Assembly (NCBI GenBank): GCA_964423995.1
Contig: CAYRGP010000002.1
Coordinates: forward strand, 1-59,095
Direction: 5' to 3'
Source: an uncultured Candidatus Saccharibacteria bacterium
GTDB lineage: Bacteria > Patescibacteriota > Saccharimonadia > Saccharimonadales > Saccharimonadaceae
DNA length: 59,095 nt
Shown piece by piece: positions 56,267 to 59,095 of the stretch. Under the pieces are notes generated by a model, which was given only the letters and a program-made list of their open reading frames with translations, was not told the origin of the DNA and searched no databases. Both the position numbers and the translations under genes were made by a program. Position 1 is the first letter of the stretch. Every line of letters starts with the position of its first letter.

Positions 56267-56683
56267 ATGTTTAAGCGGCTTTGGGCTACCTACAAGAAGT
56301 ACGAAGAAATTATTAATTACGTCCTCGCTGGAGGCCTAGGTACTATTGTTAATATTGGCGCTTTTACACTTTCTCGTAGCCTTGGGTTCGATATCACCTG
56401 GAGCAATGTTATCGCTTGGATTATTACGATTGTCGTCGTCTATATTTCCAATAAATTTTTCGTCTTCAGAACCGGAGGGAAGACTAAAAAGGAATCTGCC
56501 AAAGAATTCACCCTTTTTATAGTCGCTCGTCTGGCGACACTCGGCATTGAAATCTTGGTTTTAAACCTCACCATCGAGGTTTTGCATTTAAACGAGTTAT
56601 TCTCAAAAACCACTGCCCAAGTCGTCGTAATTATCCTAAATTACATCTTAAGCAAACTAGTTATTTTCCGCCAGAAATCTTAG
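56267..56683 (+). CDS. GtrA family flippase-like protein
   Basis: 4 TMs; SNVIAW..YISNKFFVF..NYILSKLVIF. Confidence 0.9.
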   Translation: MFKRLWATYKKYEEIINYVLAGGLGTIVNIGAFTLSRSLGFDITWSNVIAWIITIVVVYISNKFFVFRTGGKTKKESAKEFTLFIVARLATLGIEILVLNLTIEVLHLNELFSKTTAQVVVIILNYILSKLVIFRQKS

Positions 56684-57652
56684 CGTATCGTTCATGGCGT
56701 CATCAATCGAGAGCTTAGTCTCCCAGTTGAGTTCCAGCCTCGCTTTATCGGGCACTGCTAAAAGTTCCGGCAAATCTCCGGCCCGTCTCGGCGCGATTTT
56801 GTAAGGCAATTTTTTTCCACTCGCCTTTTCGAAAGCCGCCACCATCTCTAATACCGAAGTCCCACGCCCCGTTCCCAAGTTGTAGACATCACAACCTTTC
56901 TTCATATGGTCTAGGGCCGCCAGATGGCCCTTAGCCAAATCTACCACATGGATATAGTCTCTGACACAAGTGCCGTCCGGCGTCGGGTAATCGTCGCCGT
57001 ACACCGAAAGCTCTGGAATTTCCCCAGTAGAAACTTTCATAATAATCGGCATTAAATTATTCGGTATTCCGTTCGGATCCTCGCCGAGTAGCCCAGAATG
57101 ATGTGCCCCCACTGGGTTAAAGTAACGGAGTAATGTTACCGAGAGCTCTGGGTTCGCTACGCAAGCATCTTTCAAAATTCGTTCAATCATAAACTTCGTC
57201 TGGCCGTAAGGATTCGTAATGCCGCGCCCCGTCTCCATCGTTTCGTTTAACATTGCCACGCCTTGGTCTCCATAAACTGTCGCTGAAGATGAGAAAATTA
57301 TAGAGTTGCAACCGGTCTCTGCCATCGCCTTTAAAAGGTTCAAAGTCCCGCCAATATTATTCTCGTAGTACCAGAGCGGTTTCTCTACACTTTCTGCCAC
57401 TGCCTTCAGCCCAGCAAAATGTATCACCATCTCAAAACCCCTCTTTAACACCGCTAAGGTCCTCTCGTAATCTAGTAAATCTACTTCATGAAACACCGGC
57501 TCCACCCCAGTTATTTCATTAATTTTCCCCAGTACCGAAATTTTAGAATTGAACAAATTATCCAAAATCTCTACTTCATGCCCCGCATTAATCAGCTCCA
57601 CTACTGTATGTGAGCCAATATAACCTGTTCCCCCAGTAACTAAAATTTTCAT
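56657..57652 (-). CDS. galE: UDP-glucose 4-epimerase
   Basis: VTGGTGYIGSHT, HFAGLKAV, SSSATVYG, PYGQTK, LRYFNPVGAH, DYIHVVDLA. Confidence 0.96.
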   Translation of the reverse strand: MKILVTGGTGYIGSHTVVELINAGHEVEILDNLFNSKISVLGKINEITGVEPVFHEVDLLDYERTLAVLKRGFEMVIHFAGLKAVAESVEKPLWYYENNIGGTLNLLKAMAETGCNSIIFSSSATVYGDQGVAMLNETMETGRGITNPYGQTKFMIERILKDACVANPELSVTLLRYFNPVGAHHSGLLGEDPNGIPNNLMPIIMKVSTGEIPELSVYGDDYPTPDGTCVRDYIHVVDLAKGHLAALDHMKKGCDVYNLGTGRGTSVLEMVAAFEKASGKKLPYKIAPRRAGDLPELLAVPDKARLELNWETKLSIDDAMNDTLRFLAENN

Positions 57653-57680
57653 ATTATCTCCTCTATGGTATAATTATATC
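57653..57680. promoter_or_regulatory. Overlapping bidirectional extended -10 promoters sharing the palindrome TATAATTATA
   Basis: Plus strand TGGTATAAT at 57666-57674, 6 nt before ATG 57681. Minus strand TGATATAAT at 57681-57673, followed by the GAGGAG RBS of galE. Confidence 0.7.
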
Positions 57681-59095
57681 ATGAAAAAGGAGCCAGGTTT
57701 AGTTTATGTCCTCTTCCTTATGCTAGGCGATGCTTTCGCGATTATCGCTTCATTCTTTTTCGCCTTCTTCATTCGCACCAATCTCGATACGCGCCCCTTC
57801 TATTTCGAGAAAGACCCTTGGAGTTTTGCGCTGACTATTTTGCTCTTAGTTCCGATCTGGTGGATTATTCTCGCTTTGCTCGGCCTCTATAGCCGTAAAG
57901 TCTACAACCACCATTCTCGTCTCCCCGAGATTGCGCGAGCTTTTGCCGCCTCGGTCATTGGTATGATGACTTTAATCTCCTACCAGTTTTTCTACAAAGC
58001 TAGCCTCTTTCCTAGCCGCGCCGTAGCGGTCTGGTCTCTTATCTTCTGTTTTATCATTCTTCTTCTCATGCGCCTACTTATTCGCTCGCTCCGCCGCTTG
58101 CTTAGCGTCCGTCTTGATACCGGTCTTGGTGTTATCATCATCGGCAATCATAAAAACACCGAGCGCCTCATTGAGCATATCGTTAATTTTCCAGAGGACG
58201 GATACCGTTTGAAGGCCGTTATTGCCGGCAACAGCTATGTCCCCGAGGAGATGAGAAAGTATCAATTTTCCTCGCTCCAAACCGCGCTAGAAAAAGTCGA
58301 TGCCGAAGTTATTTTCCAGACCGACGAGAATAAAGCCGAGTATATCTATGCCGAATCCATCCAACACCACCTCAGATACTATTTTGTCCCGACAGAATCC
58401 AGTCTCTCTTCTCATATTGGCGATATTGAATTAGTTGGCAGTATTCCAGCAATGTTGGTAAAAGTTACCCCTCTGATCGGCTCCGCTCGTGTCGTCAAGC
58501 GCATCATGGATCTTTTGCTCGGTTCCGTTGCCTTCATTCTGGCTGCCATTCCGATGCTTATCATCTGGCTCATCGTTAAATTCTCTGATTTCAAACACTC
58601 TCCCATCTATTCTGAAAACCGCCTGAGCCGCTACAATGAAAAAGTCCGGATTTATAAATTCCGTTCTATGAAACCAGAATTCTCGGGCCTTTCCCCAGAG
58701 GAAGCCTTCACCAAAATGGGCCATCCCGAGCTCATTGAAAAATACCGCGAGGGCGGCGATTATATCAAAGATGACCCTCGCGTCACTAAGATTGGGCATT
58801 TCCTCCGCCGGACCTCTCTAGATGAGCTCCCCCAATTAATCAATGTCTTAAAGGGCGATATCTCGCTCGTTGGTCCGCGCGCCCTCGTCCCGGGGGAACT
58901 ACGCGATTATGGCGACCGCTCGCTCTTACTTTCGGTCAAATCTGGTCTCACTGGGCTTGCCCAGGTTTCCGGCCGTCGCGATATTTCCTTTGAGGAACGC
59001 CGTGCCCTAGATCTCTATTACATCCAGAATTGGTCCTTCTGGCTGGACCTCCAAATCCTCTTTCGCACCATCGCGGTCGTTCTAACCGGCAAAGG
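57681..59095 (+). CDS. Initiating polyprenyl-phosphate sugar phosphotransferase (WbaP/WcaJ/CpsE family); 3' end runs off the window
   Basis: Not in the ORF track; MKKEPGLVYVLFLMLGD.., VKRIMD, IYKFRSM, DPRVTKIGHFLRRTSLDELPQLINVLKGDISLVGPR, GLTGLAQVSGR. Confidence 0.92.
   Translation, partial: MKKEPGLVYVLFLMLGDAFAIIASFFFAFFIRTNLDTRPFYFEKDPWSFALTILLLVPIWWIILALLGLYSRKVYNHHSRLPEIARAFAASVIGMMTLISYQFFYKASLFPSRAVAVWSLIFCFIILLLMRLLIRSLRRLLSVRLDTGLGVIIIGNHKNTERLIEHIVNFPEDGYRLKAVIAGNSYVPEEMRKYQFSSLQTALEKVDAEVIFQTDENKAEYIYAESIQHHLRYYFVPTESSLSSHIGDIELVGSIPAMLVKVTPLIGSARVVKRIMDLLLGSVAFILAAIPMLIIWLIVKFSDFKHSPIYSENRLSRYNEKVRIYKFRSMKPEFSGLSPEEAFTKMGHPELIEKYREGGDYIKDDPRVTKIGHFLRRTSLDELPQLINVLKGDISLVGPRALVPGELRDYGDRSLLLSVKSGLTGLAQVSGRRDISFEERRALDLYYIQNWSFWLDLQILFRTIAVVLTGK

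Noticed and set aside
1-59095. Alternative genetic code (TGA recoding as in Gracilibacteria/Absconditabacteria)
   Set aside because: Conserved genes are full length under the standard code, and several end at TGA in ATGA overlaps (dnaN, jag, pilin copy 5).

Overview
This window looks like the replication-origin region of a small-genome bacterium. It is most likely a Saccharibacteria (TM7, Patescibacteria/CPR) member, inferred from gene content and arrangement; it uses the standard code with TGA as stop. From left to right it contains: (1) a partial surface protein with InlB-B repeats and a Fib_succ_major domain, a decayed FicTA toxin-antitoxin module, tRNA-Ser(GCT) and an HTH-Fic gene; (2) six VirB2/TrbC-like pilins with comF and hsp20 among them, divergent from a Gram-positive-like T4SS (VirB6-like, PrgI/VirB3-like, TraC-like, VirB4 ATPase, a large membrane protein, two dual-domain peptidoglycan hydrolases) with no relaxase, integrase or coupling protein in view; (3) recF-dnaN-oriC-dnaA and rpmH; (4) a second Fib_succ_major surface protein, a heterodimeric ABC exporter, an LCP ligase, and rnpA-yidC-jag detached from and inverted relative to rpmH; (5) a large cell-surface glycan locus (GtrB/GtrA, LTA-synthase family, wzm/wzt, WbbM-like DUF4422-GT8, other glycosyltransferases, glf, galE, initiating phosphoglycosyltransferase). 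The most unusual signals are a 181-bp palindromic element with perfect 28-bp terminal inverted repeats read in frame inside a T4SS gene, a diversified pilin array that shares identical DNA tracts, pervasive TGnTATAAT-N(3-9)-ATG leaderless-type starts, a probable catalytically dead glutamate-racemase paralog, and a LexA DNA-binding domain without its peptidase.
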